Shown piece by piece: positions 40,052-48,983 of a stretch of DNA of 64,000 nucleotides. A program made the translations under genes and the position numbers. Origin of the DNA: an uncultured Acidobacteriota bacterium (GTDB lineage: Bacteria > Acidobacteriota > Thermoanaerobaculia > UBA5066 > Gp7-AA6). Under the pieces are notes generated by a model that saw only the letters and a list, made by a program, of their open reading frames with translations, did no database searches and was not told the origin of the DNA. Within the stretch, counting starts at the first letter, position 1; every line of letters starts with the position of its first letter. The DNA is taken from positions 281,451 through 345,450 of the forward strand of contig CAWHTA010000011.1 in assembly GCA_963832145.1 (NCBI GenBank). The letters are read 5' to 3'.

Positions 40052-41698
40052 CTACCCTCCTCCAACTCTTTTCGAGTCGGGTCCGACGACTTGATTCCGG
40101 CCGCGGTGCTTGGCCTCGTAGAGCGCGGCGTCGGCGGCTTCCAGCCAGCTCGACAGGTCGGGCTCTTCGCCGCTCATGGCGACCCCCGCCGAGAAGGTGA
40201 CTCGAAAGCTCGCGGCGTCCAACCCCCGATGCTCGATCGCCGTGAAATCCGCGAGCAGCCTTTCCACGAGACTCACGGCGCCTTCGGCCGTCAGATCCTC
40301 CAGAAGGATTCCGAACTCTTCACCACCCAGTCGCCCGATCGAATCCGTCTGACGCAGCCGGGATCGCAGAAGTCCCGCAAGCGCGGTCAGCACCCGGTCT
40401 CCAACCGGATGCCCCCAGGTGTCGTTGACCTTCTTGAAGTGATCGAGGTCGAGAACGACGAGGGCCGCCGGGAGCCTGTCGGGCCGCCTCAGCTGCCGGA
40501 GGTGCACCGCCCGGACGCGCTCGAGGAACGGCGTGTGCGCCAGCAGACGTGTCAGGCCGTCGCGCTCCACCAGATCCTTCAGGAAGCGCGCGCGTTCGAT
40601 TCGGGCGGCCACCGTCGACAGCAGGAGGCCGGGTGAAATCGGCTTCGCGAGATGGTCGTCACCGCCCGCCCGAACGGCTTCGATGCGAGACTGGAGTTGC
40701 TGCTCGGTGGTCAGGAAGAGAACCGGGAGGGTCGCGTGGCGCTCGTCCTGCCGGAGGATTCGGGCAAGGTCGTAGCCCGAGACGCCTCCCGGCAGGAGAA
40801 CGTCCATCAGCACGAGGTCGGGGTGGAACGCAGCCAACGCCTCCTCGAAGTCGCGAGCACCGGCAGCGGTATGCACCTCGTAACCCGCCGATTCGAGGAC
40901 GGCTCGCACGAGACCTGCCTGATCGGGATCATCCTCGACCGAAAGAACCCGTGGGGCCGCGGCGACGGCGCGCTCCAGAAGCTGCTGGAGCCGGCGTCCC
41001 AGGACCTCCGGGTTCACCGTTTTTTCGAATAGCCCGTCCGCTCCGCAGTGAATGGCCTCGACCCGGTCGAGCACGTCGGCCGAGCCTGCGACGAGAAGCA
41101 CGGCGATCGAGCTTGCCCCCGGCGTCGCCCGCATTCGCTCGACGAGCGCGAAGCCCGTTCCGTCCGGAAGATCCGCGTCAACGATCGCGACGGAAGGCAA
41201 CCGCGCCTCGACCGCAGCCAGCGCCTCGGCGCCAGACGCCACGGCGCGCACCGACAGACCGGCGCGCTCGACAACGCCGGCCAGAATCGCAGAGAGCGTC
41301 GGATCCGCCTCGACGACGAGTCCCTCGCCGCGCGGCGGTGAGGTCGAAAGCGACTCGGGGGCCCGCGTCACCCGCCGCGCGCCGAGCTGCGATCGGAGCC
41401 CGTTGAGCAGGTCGCGCCAGACCGCCAGGTCCGACTCCCCCGGCTCCCTCCCGTCGGCGGCGACAGCGTCGCAATGCCGTTCCCCATCCTGTCCGAGCAT
41501 CGTGACCTTCGGAAAGCCGTACGAGCCGCCGAGACCGGAAAAGCCATGGAACGCGAGGCGCAGGTCGGTCAGCGCTTCCGAGTCGCCGGGGACCCTGCTC
41601 AGTCGTTGGAGATCGGCTTCGATACGATCGAGCCGCGCCGCCGATCCGCTCAAAAACTGCTCGCGCAGAGCCTCGAGGGTTTTCTCCCAGTCCGCCAT
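40052..41698 (-). CDS. Hpt-REC-REC-GGDEF diguanylate cyclase
   Basis: 548 aa. N-terminal Hpt (..LAFHGFSGLGGSYGF). Two receiver domains (..IVDADLPDG.., ..LMDVLLPG..). C-terminal GGDEF domain with RLGGEEFG. Confidence 0.9.
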   Translation of the reverse strand: MADWEKTLEALREQFLSGSAARLDRIEADLQRLSRVPGDSEALTDLRLAFHGFSGLGGSYGFPKVTMLGQDGERHCDAVAADGREPGESDLAVWRDLLNGLRSQLGARRVTRAPESLSTSPPRGEGLVVEADPTLSAILAGVVERAGLSVRAVASGAEALAAVEARLPSVAIVDADLPDGTGFALVERMRATPGASSIAVLLVAGSADVLDRVEAIHCGADGLFEKTVNPEVLGRRLQQLLERAVAAAPRVLSVEDDPDQAGLVRAVLESAGYEVHTAAGARDFEEALAAFHPDLVLMDVLLPGGVSGYDLARILRQDERHATLPVLFLTTEQQLQSRIEAVRAGGDDHLAKPISPGLLLSTVAARIERARFLKDLVERDGLTRLLAHTPFLERVRAVHLRQLRRPDRLPAALVVLDLDHFKKVNDTWGHPVGDRVLTALAGLLRSRLRQTDSIGRLGGEEFGILLEDLTAEGAVSLVERLLADFTAIEHRGLDAASFRVTFSAGVAMSGEEPDLSSWLEAADAALYEAKHRGRNQVVGPDSKRVGGG

Positions 41699-41707
41699 GA
41701 GTCCTCG

Positions 41708-42094
41708 TCAGCTCGTCCGCTCGTAGATCGCCCGCACCATCGCGGCGAGCGTCATCGCGTCGAATGGCTTCGGGATCGCTTCGACCACTCCGAGATCCCG
41801 GTAATGCTCCAATTCATTCGCCTGTACCTTCGCCGTCATGAAGACGACGGGAGTCGAGCGCGTGGCTTCGAGCCCGCGCAGGCCCTGGAGCGTGGCGGGA
41901 CCGTCCATGCCGGGCATCATCACGTCGAGCAGGATGAGCTGCGGCCGAAAATTCGCGGCCGCTTCGACCGCTTCCGCCCCCGAGGCACAACTGCGGACCG
42001 TGAGGCCGCCGACCCCCTCCAGCGCGAAAGTCCCGATCGCTCGGATGTCGGGATCATCCTCGACGTAAAGAACCCGATCGAGCACGTCGCTCAT
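41708..42094 (-). CDS. Single-domain CheY-like response regulator
   Basis: 128 aa. VLYVEDDPD...LILLDVMMPGMDG...PVVFMTAK...KPF. Confidence 0.9.
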   Translation of the reverse strand: MSDVLDRVLYVEDDPDIRAIGTFALEGVGGLTVRSCASGAEAVEAAANFRPQLILLDVMMPGMDGPATLQGLRGLEATRSTPVVFMTAKVQANELEHYRDLGVVEAIPKPFDAMTLAAMVRAIYERTS

Positions 42095-44736
42095 CCGACC
42101 TGCGGCGTTCCGGCAAGGACGGACTTCACCGCCTCCACGAGCCCGGAGACCGTGGAGCGCGATTTGACGAGGACCGCCTGCGCGCCGCCGGCGGCCCCAT
42201 GGGGAATCTCGTGCGCGGAAAAGAAGACGAACGGGATGGGTCCGGCGGCCGCGCGTGCCAGCAGCGGCTCGAGCTCGAGGCCGGAACCGTCGGGCAACCC
42301 GACGTCGAGAACGACGACGTCGTAAGAGGCACCAGCCAGCCGCTCCCGGGCTTCGCGAAGCCCGCGAGCGACGTCCACGTCGGCAAATTCGGAGAGAGCG
42401 GCTCGCACGATCCTCGTCAGATCCGGGTCGTCCTCGACGTGGAGGATGCGGGCGCGCGACCCGTTGCCGGATTCCACGTGGACAATGCCGGGGCGCGGAG
42501 AGTCGGCGAGGACGGGAAGGTCGACCCGGAACGTCGTGCCTCGTCCGACCTCGGTCTCGAAGTCGACAGTGCCGCCGAGCTGCTCGACGATCAGCCGGGT
42601 GATCGCCAAACCCAGCCCGGTGCCCCCCTTCTGGCGAGTGTCCGAGGAATCGGCCTGCTGGAAACGGCCGAAGATCCGCGAGCGAAACTCCTCCGGAATC
42701 CCGGGCCCGCGATCATGGACTTCGAGCCGAACGATGCTCCCTCGCCGGCCCGCGACGAGGCGGACCGTTCCCCCCTTCGGGGAGTACTTGACGGCATTCG
42801 ACAGAAGGTTCGTCAGAACCTGAGTCATGCGATCCGCATCCGCCAGAATCCGAACGCCGGGCGCGTGGTTCTCGACCGTCAGTCCGACGCCAAACTGCTC
42901 GGCGTAGGCGCGATTGCCTTCGACAGAGGCCTCGAGGAGTGGCTCGAGCACCAATTCCTCCATTTGGAACTCGAGCCGACCCGCTTCGATTTTCTCCATG
43001 TCGAGGATGTCGTTGACCAGCCGCGCGAGGCGCTCGCAGTTCTTGAGGGCGATGTCGAGGAGGCCCTTCGCTTGCGCCGGGAGAATCCCCGCCGCGCCGC
43101 CGGTCACCAGCCCGAGCGCACCGCGTATGGACGTCAGCGGCGTGCGCAACTCGTGGCTGACCGTCGAGACGAACTCCCGCTTCAGCCGGTCGATCTCCTG
43201 GCGCTCGGAGAGGTCTCGGATCGCCCCGCCGAAGTGCCGACCGTCGGAAGTCCAGAACTCGAAGAGAGCCAGTTCGAAAGGAAAGATCGCCCCGTCCTTC
43301 CGGCGCCCCAGCGATTTGGTGGTGCCTCCCGTCAGACGATCCAGGCACATCTGGACATACGCCTCGGGAGAGACGCCTCCGGTCCCGGGCACGATGCGGG
43401 AGAGCGGTTGCCCGATCAGCTCGTCCCGACCGTATCCGAACAGTTTCTCGGCTGCCGGGTTGATGGATCGAATGTGCCCCGCGGCGTCGGTCGTCACGAG
43501 CGCGTCGAGCATTCCTTCGATGATCGACCGAGTCAGCGTTTCACTCGTCCGAAGCGAATCCGCGGCCCGCGCTCGATCGATGGCGAGCGCGATCGAGTCC
43601 GCAACCGTCGAGATCGCGTGGAGCTCGTACCCGGTGATCGGCTCTCTCGAAAACATCGCCACCACCCCGAGAGAGCGGCCGGCAACCATGAGCGGATGGC
43701 CGGCGAACGACACCATCCCCTGCTGCCGCGCCCAACCTTTGTCGCCCGGCTCGGGGACGAATTGAGTCAGGTCGATGATCCGAGGCACGCCTTCCTCTGC
43801 GATCCGTCCGATGCGAAACTCCCCCACCGCAATCCGATCGTGCGGGTCGGGAAGATTGACGCCGACGCCGGCCGTCGCGCGGCGCTCGAGCACGGGATCC
43901 TTGGGATGCTGGACCCAGATCGTCGCAGTTGCCGCTCCGAGGTGCTTCACCATTGCCGCCGCCGATGCCTCGAGAGCCTGCGGAAGGCTTTCGCTTCGCG
44001 TCAGCGCGGTCCCGACGTCCGCCGTGAATGTGGCGAGGCGGGCCTGCTCGGACAACGCGGCGGTCGACCGGCGGCGCTCGACGATGTCCCGGCCGACGAG
44101 GTAGTAAACAGCAAACAGAAAACCGAACTGGATCAGGACGCCGGCACCGAGAGCGACGAGCTCGATGATGGCCCAGCGGTTCCCGGCGTCGGTCTGGGCG
44201 GCCAGCTTCCGACCCTCTTCGGCGCGCATCCCGTTCAGGATCCGGTTGATCCGGGTCTTGAGCCTTTCGCCGTGCATCGTCGCCATCAGGGCGGCGGCGT
44301 CGTCTATACCTCGATCCCGCCGACGCTGCGCGACCTGCTCGACGAAGCCGATCTTCTGATCGAGAAGCGCCTCGAGGATCGGAATGGCCGCGAGGTGCCG
44401 TGGATTCCCGGCGGTGGTCTGTCGGAGCTCATGAAGGTGCGGTCGGAGCTTCGCGGCGGCCGCCTGGTACGCCGAAAAAAGGTTCGCGTTGCCGGTCACG
44501 ACGTAACCCCGTTGCGCCGCATCGAGCTCGGCGAGCAGCGCGGAAGTCTCGTCGATGATGCGGAGCACGTTGCGCGACTGACCGCGCCGGGCGGCACTCA
44601 GGCGAGATTGCTGGTCCGCCCAGTAGCTCCAGACGGCGAGACCGGCGACGAGGAGGAATGAAATTGCGAGTCCGAGTACGAGTCGCCTTTTCAGCCACCC
44701 GCCATCGCCCGACGCCTTCCCGGGCTCGCGCGTCAC
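42091..44736 (-). CDS. Hybrid sensor histidine kinase (CHASE3-TM-GAF-PAS-HisKA-HATPase-REC)
   Basis: Probable GTG at 44736, 4 nt after the upstream stop. CHASE3-like periplasmic region. SHELRTPL H-box. N/G boxes (..LLSNAVKYSP.., GTGLGL). C-terminal receiver ILHVEDDPD..VLDVGLPDG. Its stop overlaps the CheY start (ATGA). Confidence 0.9.
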   Translation of the reverse strand: MTREPGKASGDGGWLKRRLVLGLAISFLLVAGLAVWSYWADQQSRLSAARRGQSRNVLRIIDETSALLAELDAAQRGYVVTGNANLFSAYQAAAAKLRPHLHELRQTTAGNPRHLAAIPILEALLDQKIGFVEQVAQRRRDRGIDDAAALMATMHGERLKTRINRILNGMRAEEGRKLAAQTDAGNRWAIIELVALGAGVLIQFGFLFAVYYLVGRDIVERRRSTAALSEQARLATFTADVGTALTRSESLPQALEASAAAMVKHLGAATATIWVQHPKDPVLERRATAGVGVNLPDPHDRIAVGEFRIGRIAEEGVPRIIDLTQFVPEPGDKGWARQQGMVSFAGHPLMVAGRSLGVVAMFSREPITGYELHAISTVADSIALAIDRARAADSLRTSETLTRSIIEGMLDALVTTDAAGHIRSINPAAEKLFGYGRDELIGQPLSRIVPGTGGVSPEAYVQMCLDRLTGGTTKSLGRRKDGAIFPFELALFEFWTSDGRHFGGAIRDLSERQEIDRLKREFVSTVSHELRTPLTSIRGALGLVTGGAAGILPAQAKGLLDIALKNCERLARLVNDILDMEKIEAGRLEFQMEELVLEPLLEASVEGNRAYAEQFGVGLTVENHAPGVRILADADRMTQVLTNLLSNAVKYSPKGGTVRLVAGRRGSIVRLEVHDRGPGIPEEFRSRIFGRFQQADSSDTRQKGGTGLGLAITRLIVEQLGGTVDFETEVGRGTTFRVDLPVLADSPRPGIVHVESGNGSRARILHVEDDPDLTRIVRAALSEFADVDVARGLREARERLAGASYDVVVLDVGLPDGSGLELEPLLARAAAGPIPFVFFSAHEIPHGAAGGAQAVLVKSRSTVSGLVEAVKSVLAGTPQVG

Positions 44737-44740
44737 GCTC

Positions 44741-45385
44741 TCAGCCCAGATGCTTTCGGAGCAACTGCTCCAGTGATGGGAAATCCAGCGGCTTCGCCAG
44801 GTAATCGTCCGCAAGGAATTCCTTGTAGGCCTCCGCCTTGTACCGCGAGGCCGTATAGACCGAAGTCATGAGCACAACCTTCGTCGCCGAAGTTTGCGGG
44901 TCCGTCTTGATCCGGCGGCACATTTCGCGCCCGTCGAGCCCGGGCATGAAGACGTCCGCGAGGACGAGCTCCGGCTTGTACGCGACCGTCAGCGTCCATC
45001 CCTCCTCACCGTTGCTTGCGACGATTGCGTGGTAGCCAAGGCGCGTGATCCCGGCGATTGCAATTCTCACAATCTCTTTATCGTCGTCGACCACGAGAAC
45101 GAGCGGACGCTGAACGGAATCCACTTCGGCGTTCGCGGGAAGCTCCTCCGCGTGCCGGTGCTCGGCCGCGGCTCGGTCCCAGAGGTCTTGCGGCGCTCCC
45201 TCCCAGAGTTTCTGCTTGAAGGACTGAGGCGCTCTGCAGAAGCAGATTCCGCAATGCGGGCAGACGAGAGATCTCCGGCTGGTCAGGCAGGCGCACCACG
45301 CCGCCGGAAGCGCATCGAACGGTTGGCGGCAGCCGAAGCAGGCGACGATGTACGTCGCGGACGGCCCGCCCGGCAAGGATTGCAT
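44741..45385 (-). CDS. Response-regulator receiver with N-terminal 8-Cys zinc-finger-like domain
   Basis: 214 aa. CxxC-x11-CxC-x8-CxxC-x2-CxC (ACFGC..WCAC..VCPHCGICFC), then REC (LVLVVDDDKE...LADVFMPGLDG...VVLMTS...KP). Confidence 0.8.
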   Translation of the reverse strand: MQSLPGGPSATYIVACFGCRQPFDALPAAWCACLTSRRSLVCPHCGICFCRAPQSFKQKLWEGAPQDLWDRAAAEHRHAEELPANAEVDSVQRPLVLVVDDDKEIVRIAIAGITRLGYHAIVASNGEEGWTLTVAYKPELVLADVFMPGLDGREMCRRIKTDPQTSATKVVLMTSVYTASRYKAEAYKEFLADDYLAKPLDFPSLEQLLRKHLG

Positions 45386-45619
45386 CGGGTGTGCTCATCC
45401 TACGCCTTCGAGACCGACGTTCACACCGCGTCGCGGATGGATGGCTCACTTTTCCCTGTAAGTCGCACTGCATCAAGAGGCAGCGGCGTCAGCGGCTCGC
45501 GCACGTTCGCACTTCACCGTTTCGCAATGAGCGAAACGAATGGCGCTGCGCTCGCCGCTTAGAATCCGGCTTCCGCCGCGGCGCTCGGGCTGTCGGCGCA
45601 ACGACGCAACGGAGGCCAC

Positions 45620-46102
45620 GTGACCAATCGAGAGTTGTTCCTGAAGTTCTGGGAACGGGAGCAGGGGAAGTTCCAGCGGATGCTCGACGCCGTTCCGGCC
45701 GAACGCGGCGACTACCGGCCGCATCCAAGGTCGCGTACGGGCGCCGAGATGGTCACGCTCCTCGCGCGGGAGCAGGAGATCCTCTGCGGAATGTTCGACA
45801 GTGGCGAAATCGACCTCCGGGATTTCGGCGCCGATCCGATCGACGACATGCGCGCACTCTGGAAGAAGAGCACGAACGATTTGAGGGAGCGTCTCGGGAA
45901 ACTCGATGACAACGGCTGGAAGAGGCCGGTCAGGTTTCTGCTGGGCGGCAAGGTCGCCAACGAGCAGCCCGCGAGCGAGTGGCTCTGGGCATTCCTCCAC
46001 GACATGATTCACCACCGCGGCCAGCTCTCGACGTACATCCGCCCGATGGGTGGCAAAGTCCCGTCGGTTTACGGACCGTCCGCGGACGCGGCGCCCGAAT
46101 AA
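45620..46102 (+). CDS. DinB-family (four-helix bundle, His-triad) protein
   Basis: 160 aa with GTG start. ..HDMIHHRGQLSTY.R..G pattern typical of DinB/YfiT-like proteins. Confidence 0.75.
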   Translation: MTNRELFLKFWEREQGKFQRMLDAVPAERGDYRPHPRSRTGAEMVTLLAREQEILCGMFDSGEIDLRDFGADPIDDMRALWKKSTNDLRERLGKLDDNGWKRPVRFLLGGKVANEQPASEWLWAFLHDMIHHRGQLSTYIRPMGGKVPSVYGPSADAAPE

Positions 46103-46159
46103 AAAGGGGAGAGCGTCGGGCGCCTCACGGCGCCCAACGCGGGATTCCTGTTGACGCCT

Positions 46160-46697
46160 CTACTGGACGGCCCGGAAGGGAAGGTTCAACCGGAACGAAT
46201 CGATGCCGACAGTCGCCGCGGTCCCGTAGACGCCGCGCACCTCGGGCATCGTGTTACAGGCACCCTCCTGCCCGTCGCCGTAAGCGACCCGCAGCGAAAG
46301 AGGCGACAGAACTTCCTGGCCGACGGGGTAGTACAGCAGGTTGCCGACGCGCGTGCCTTCCGCGAACATCGAATAGTGCGGGAAGGTAGCGAGGCCCGCT
46401 GCAGTTCGTCGTCAAGTAGTAAACGTAGATCGCTTCGGAGTCGAAGATTCCGAGACCCGTGTGGACGTAGAAGCTCACCCACTGATTGTTGATCTCACGC
46501 GCGACCAGGTTCTCGGTCACCGTATAGCCAACGAGCGAGCCGTGCCGGTCGATCACGCGGAAGGGGCGATTGCCGGCCGGCGGCACGGCGTAGGCCAACG
46601 AGGAAGTCAGAAGCAACCCGACGATGAAAGCCACCGCGGCGCGCCGGCGATTCTTTCGGCCGCAGTTTCGCAAACCAATGAGAACCCTTGCAGACAT
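46160..46697 (-). pseudogene. Small secreted protein, unknown family, paralog 1 (1-nt insertion near 46379)
   Basis: Start MSARVLIG.. has GGAGG 7 nt upstream. Signal peptide ..LLLTSSLAYA. The frame of ORF 46254-46763 joins ORF 46160-46369. Dropping one base in cccGcac restores YLPHYSMFAEGTRVG, against YLPHSSMFAEGTRVG in paralog 2. Confidence 0.75.
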
Positions 46698-46751
46698 TCC
46701 CAACCTCCCCTTATTTTTTGCGGATGCGCTGAACGCTCTTTGATCAAGACT

Positions 46752-46767
46752 TGCACCTTTCAAGCCA
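46752..46767 (-). promoter_or_regulatory. Sigma-54-type promoter (-24 TGGC / -12 TGCA) for paralog 1
   Basis: Minus strand reads TGGCTTGAAAGGTGCA. GG and GC are spaced exactly as in the consensus TGGCACG-N4-TTGCW. It ends 54 nt upstream of the ATG. Confidence 0.65.
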
Positions 46768-47075
46768 GTCGCAGCGAAAACACGATTTCTTCGTTGGGAA
46801 GGCTCGCATTGCTTTTCGAATGAGATGGAAGCGCTCGATTACTCGTCACGGAACCGCAAGCCCGACCAGTTCGACTAAAGTCTAGGAAGGGAGGGTAATA
46901 TTTAATCCGCTCAGGATTTATTCACCTGGACGACGGTAGGGAGCGATCGGCGGCAGGTCCGCGGCACGATGCTGCGAGAATCGAGTTGCGGGGAGATCCT
47001 CGATCCTTTTTGTCGGCTCCCTACCGCTTTCCGCCGCCGGCTCCCTGCCGACACGAACTCTCTGCGCCGGCGGCT

Positions 47076-47609
47076 TTATTGAACGGCCCGGAAGGGAAGG
47101 ACCAGGCCAAGCGGCTCGAGGTTCATCGTCGCGGTGGCTCCATAGACTTCCGCGATACCGACCGAGGCATAGCAGGGTCCTTCCTCTCCGCTTCCGTAGA
47201 CCACCCGGTGCGATTGAGGAGTCAGAACCTGCTGGTCCGCGGGGTAATACAACCGGGAACCGACCCGCGTGCCTTCCGCGAACATCGAAGAGTGGGGGAG
47301 GTAGCTACCGCCGCTGCAATCCGTGGTCGTGTAGTGCAGGTAGATCGCGTCCGAATCATAGATCCCGAAGGCTGCGTGAACGAAGAAGCTCACCCAAGTG
47401 CCATTGATCTCTCGCGCAACCAGGTTTTCGGTCACTGCGTGGCCCACCAGCGTCCCGTTCCTGTCAATCACTCGGAACGGACGACTGGTGGAGGGCGGCG
47501 CGGCGTGCGCCAGTGACGACGTAAGGACCAGGATCACAAGAGACGCCGAGGCTGCGAGACGATTCGTCTTACAGAAGTCCTGCGAAGCCATCTCACCCCG
47601 TGCACGCAT
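47076..47609 (-). CDS. Small secreted protein, unknown family, paralog 2
   Basis: Start MRARGEMASQ.. has GGAGG 7 nt upstream. Signal peptide ..LVLTSSLAHA. About 60 percent identical to paralog 1 by eye. Shared PFRVIDR.G.LVG..VTENLVAREIN..WVSF.VH, two conserved Cys, and C-terminal LPFRAVQ. Confidence 0.75.
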   Translation of the reverse strand: MRARGEMASQDFCKTNRLAASASLVILVLTSSLAHAAPPSTSRPFRVIDRNGTLVGHAVTENLVAREINGTWVSFFVHAAFGIYDSDAIYLHYTTTDCSGGSYLPHSSMFAEGTRVGSRLYYPADQQVLTPQSHRVVYGSGEEGPCYASVGIAEVYGATATMNLEPLGLVLPFRAVQ

Positions 47610-47660
47610 TTCGCGACCTCCAGTTTTCGGTGATGGATCACACATCCGCGAACGCCCAAA

Positions 47661-47676
47661 TGCACCTTTCAGGCCA
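47661..47676 (-). promoter_or_regulatory. Sigma-54-type promoter (-24 TGGC / -12 TGCA) for paralog 2
   Basis: Minus strand reads TGGCCTGAAAGGTGCA, 15 of 16 positions identical to the paralog 1 element. It ends 51 nt upstream of the ATG. Confidence 0.65.
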
Positions 47677-47872
47677 GACCGCTCACATGCTTTTTCGGAA
47701 CGGCGGGATTGCCTTTCTAATCAGGAGGTAACGATCGGATAGACAGGGCACGACCGCGTGGTTCGAGAACGGTCTGGATTCACCGGAAGCGACGATTCCG
47801 AATCGAATAGCTGAGCTCGGCCCAGTGTCCGTGCGATCCCACTAGAATGCACCGAGACAGAGAGGTAACCCC

Positions 47873-48802
47873 ATGACACACGTTTCTCGACCGCGGCTGA
47901 TCTGCGCTCTCGCACTCTTCGTCGCGACTCGACTGCTCACCGCAGAGGACACTTCCAGCCGGCCGCGCGTGGCGGTACTCGAGTTCAAAAACAAAGTTCA
48001 GGGCTACGGATGGTCCGGATACAAGGCCGGCCAGGCCGCGCAGGACATGCTCGTCACGGAGCTCGTGAGGAAAGGAACCTACCGGGTCATCGAGCGTGAG
48101 CAGTTGGAAGAGATTCTGCGGGAGAAGAATCTCACGCTCGCCGGTGACATCGACCCGAAGACCGCGGTGAAGGTCGGGAAGATGCTCGGGGTCGAATACC
48201 TGATCACGGGTGCGGTGACCGAAATGGGAGTCGCCAACCGCGGCGCGAACGTGCCGGGACTGTTCGGGCGCCTCCCGTCCGTGAATGTGCGGAGCCAGAA
48301 GCTCGACGCCGCTCTCGATGCACGGGCCTTCTCCACCTCCACCGGCGAGATCGTATGGGCCGACACCGCGGCGGAATCGACGTCCGACTCCAGCGTGTAC
48401 GTGCACGGCGCCGGCGGCGGCGTCGAGGACCGCGGCAAGCTCGACCGGATCCTGCGGCCCGTCGTCGTCAAGCTCGCCGACTCCCTCGGCCGGAAGAAGC
48501 TCGCGACGAGTGGACTCGGCGGCACAGCGGATGCGTCCGGCATCGTCGGCAAGATCGCGAAAGCCGGCGGCGGTGCGATTTACGTCAATGTCGGCTCTGA
48601 GGCCGGAATCAAGGATGGGGACGAGTTCGACGTCTTCCGCATCGCCGACGAGATCAAGGATCCGGACACCGGCGAGGTCCTCGGAGCGAACGAGGTGAAG
48701 GTCGGTCGAATCAAGATCCTTGCCGTGCGGGGCGCGCGCCTTTCCTCCGCAGTGGTCGTTTCCGGCAGCGGCTTCAAACCCGGCGACGTCCTCAAGAACT
48801 AG
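47873..48802 (+). CDS. CsgG/HfaB-family secretion-channel-like protein with C-terminal beta-sandwich extension
   Basis: 309 aa with a signal peptide. RVAVLEFKNK...AAQDMLVTELV..G.Y.VIEREQL..IL.E..L......D..TA.K.GK.LGV.YLI.G.VTE core typical of CsgG-like proteins. Confidence 0.75.
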   Translation: MTHVSRPRLICALALFVATRLLTAEDTSSRPRVAVLEFKNKVQGYGWSGYKAGQAAQDMLVTELVRKGTYRVIEREQLEEILREKNLTLAGDIDPKTAVKVGKMLGVEYLITGAVTEMGVANRGANVPGLFGRLPSVNVRSQKLDAALDARAFSTSTGEIVWADTAAESTSDSSVYVHGAGGGVEDRGKLDRILRPVVVKLADSLGRKKLATSGLGGTADASGIVGKIAKAGGGAIYVNVGSEAGIKDGDEFDVFRIADEIKDPDTGEVLGANEVKVGRIKILAVRGARLSSAVVVSGSGFKPGDVLKN

Positions 48803-48814
48803 CGCCCCGTTCTT

Positions 48815-48851
48815 CTCCCTCTCCCCTCCGGGGAGAGGGTCGGGGTGAGGG
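48815..48851 (-). repeat. REP family 1 copy (inverted orientation)
   Basis: ctccctctcccctccggggagagggtcggggtgaggggc, just after the CsgG-like stop. Confidence 0.8.
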
Positions 48852-48900
48852 GCGTTCGCGCCGAAGCGTTCCTTCTTCGGTTTGTTCGATAATCGACCCG

Positions 48901-48978
48901 CTGCCCGTAGCTCAGCCCGGACAGAGCAACGGCCTTCTAAGCCGTGGGTCGCAGGTTCGAATCCTGCCGGGCAGACCA
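48901..48978 (+). tRNA. tRNA-Arg (anticodon TCT), CCA encoded
   Basis: Manual cloverleaf: acceptor ctgcccg/cgggcag (C1-G72), D arm gctc-agcccggaca-gagc, anticodon arm acggc-cttctaa-gccgt, T arm gcagg-ttcgaat-cctgc. Confidence 0.9.
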
Positions 48979-48983
48979 GCTCC

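Noticed and set aside
39964-48978. Genomic island bounded by tRNA-Pro and tRNA-Arg
   Set aside because: I found no integrase, transposase or direct repeat of a tRNA 3' end. Only the 46.1-47.9 kb sub-region is compositionally distinct. I treat it as ordinary chromosome with a small AT-richer islet.
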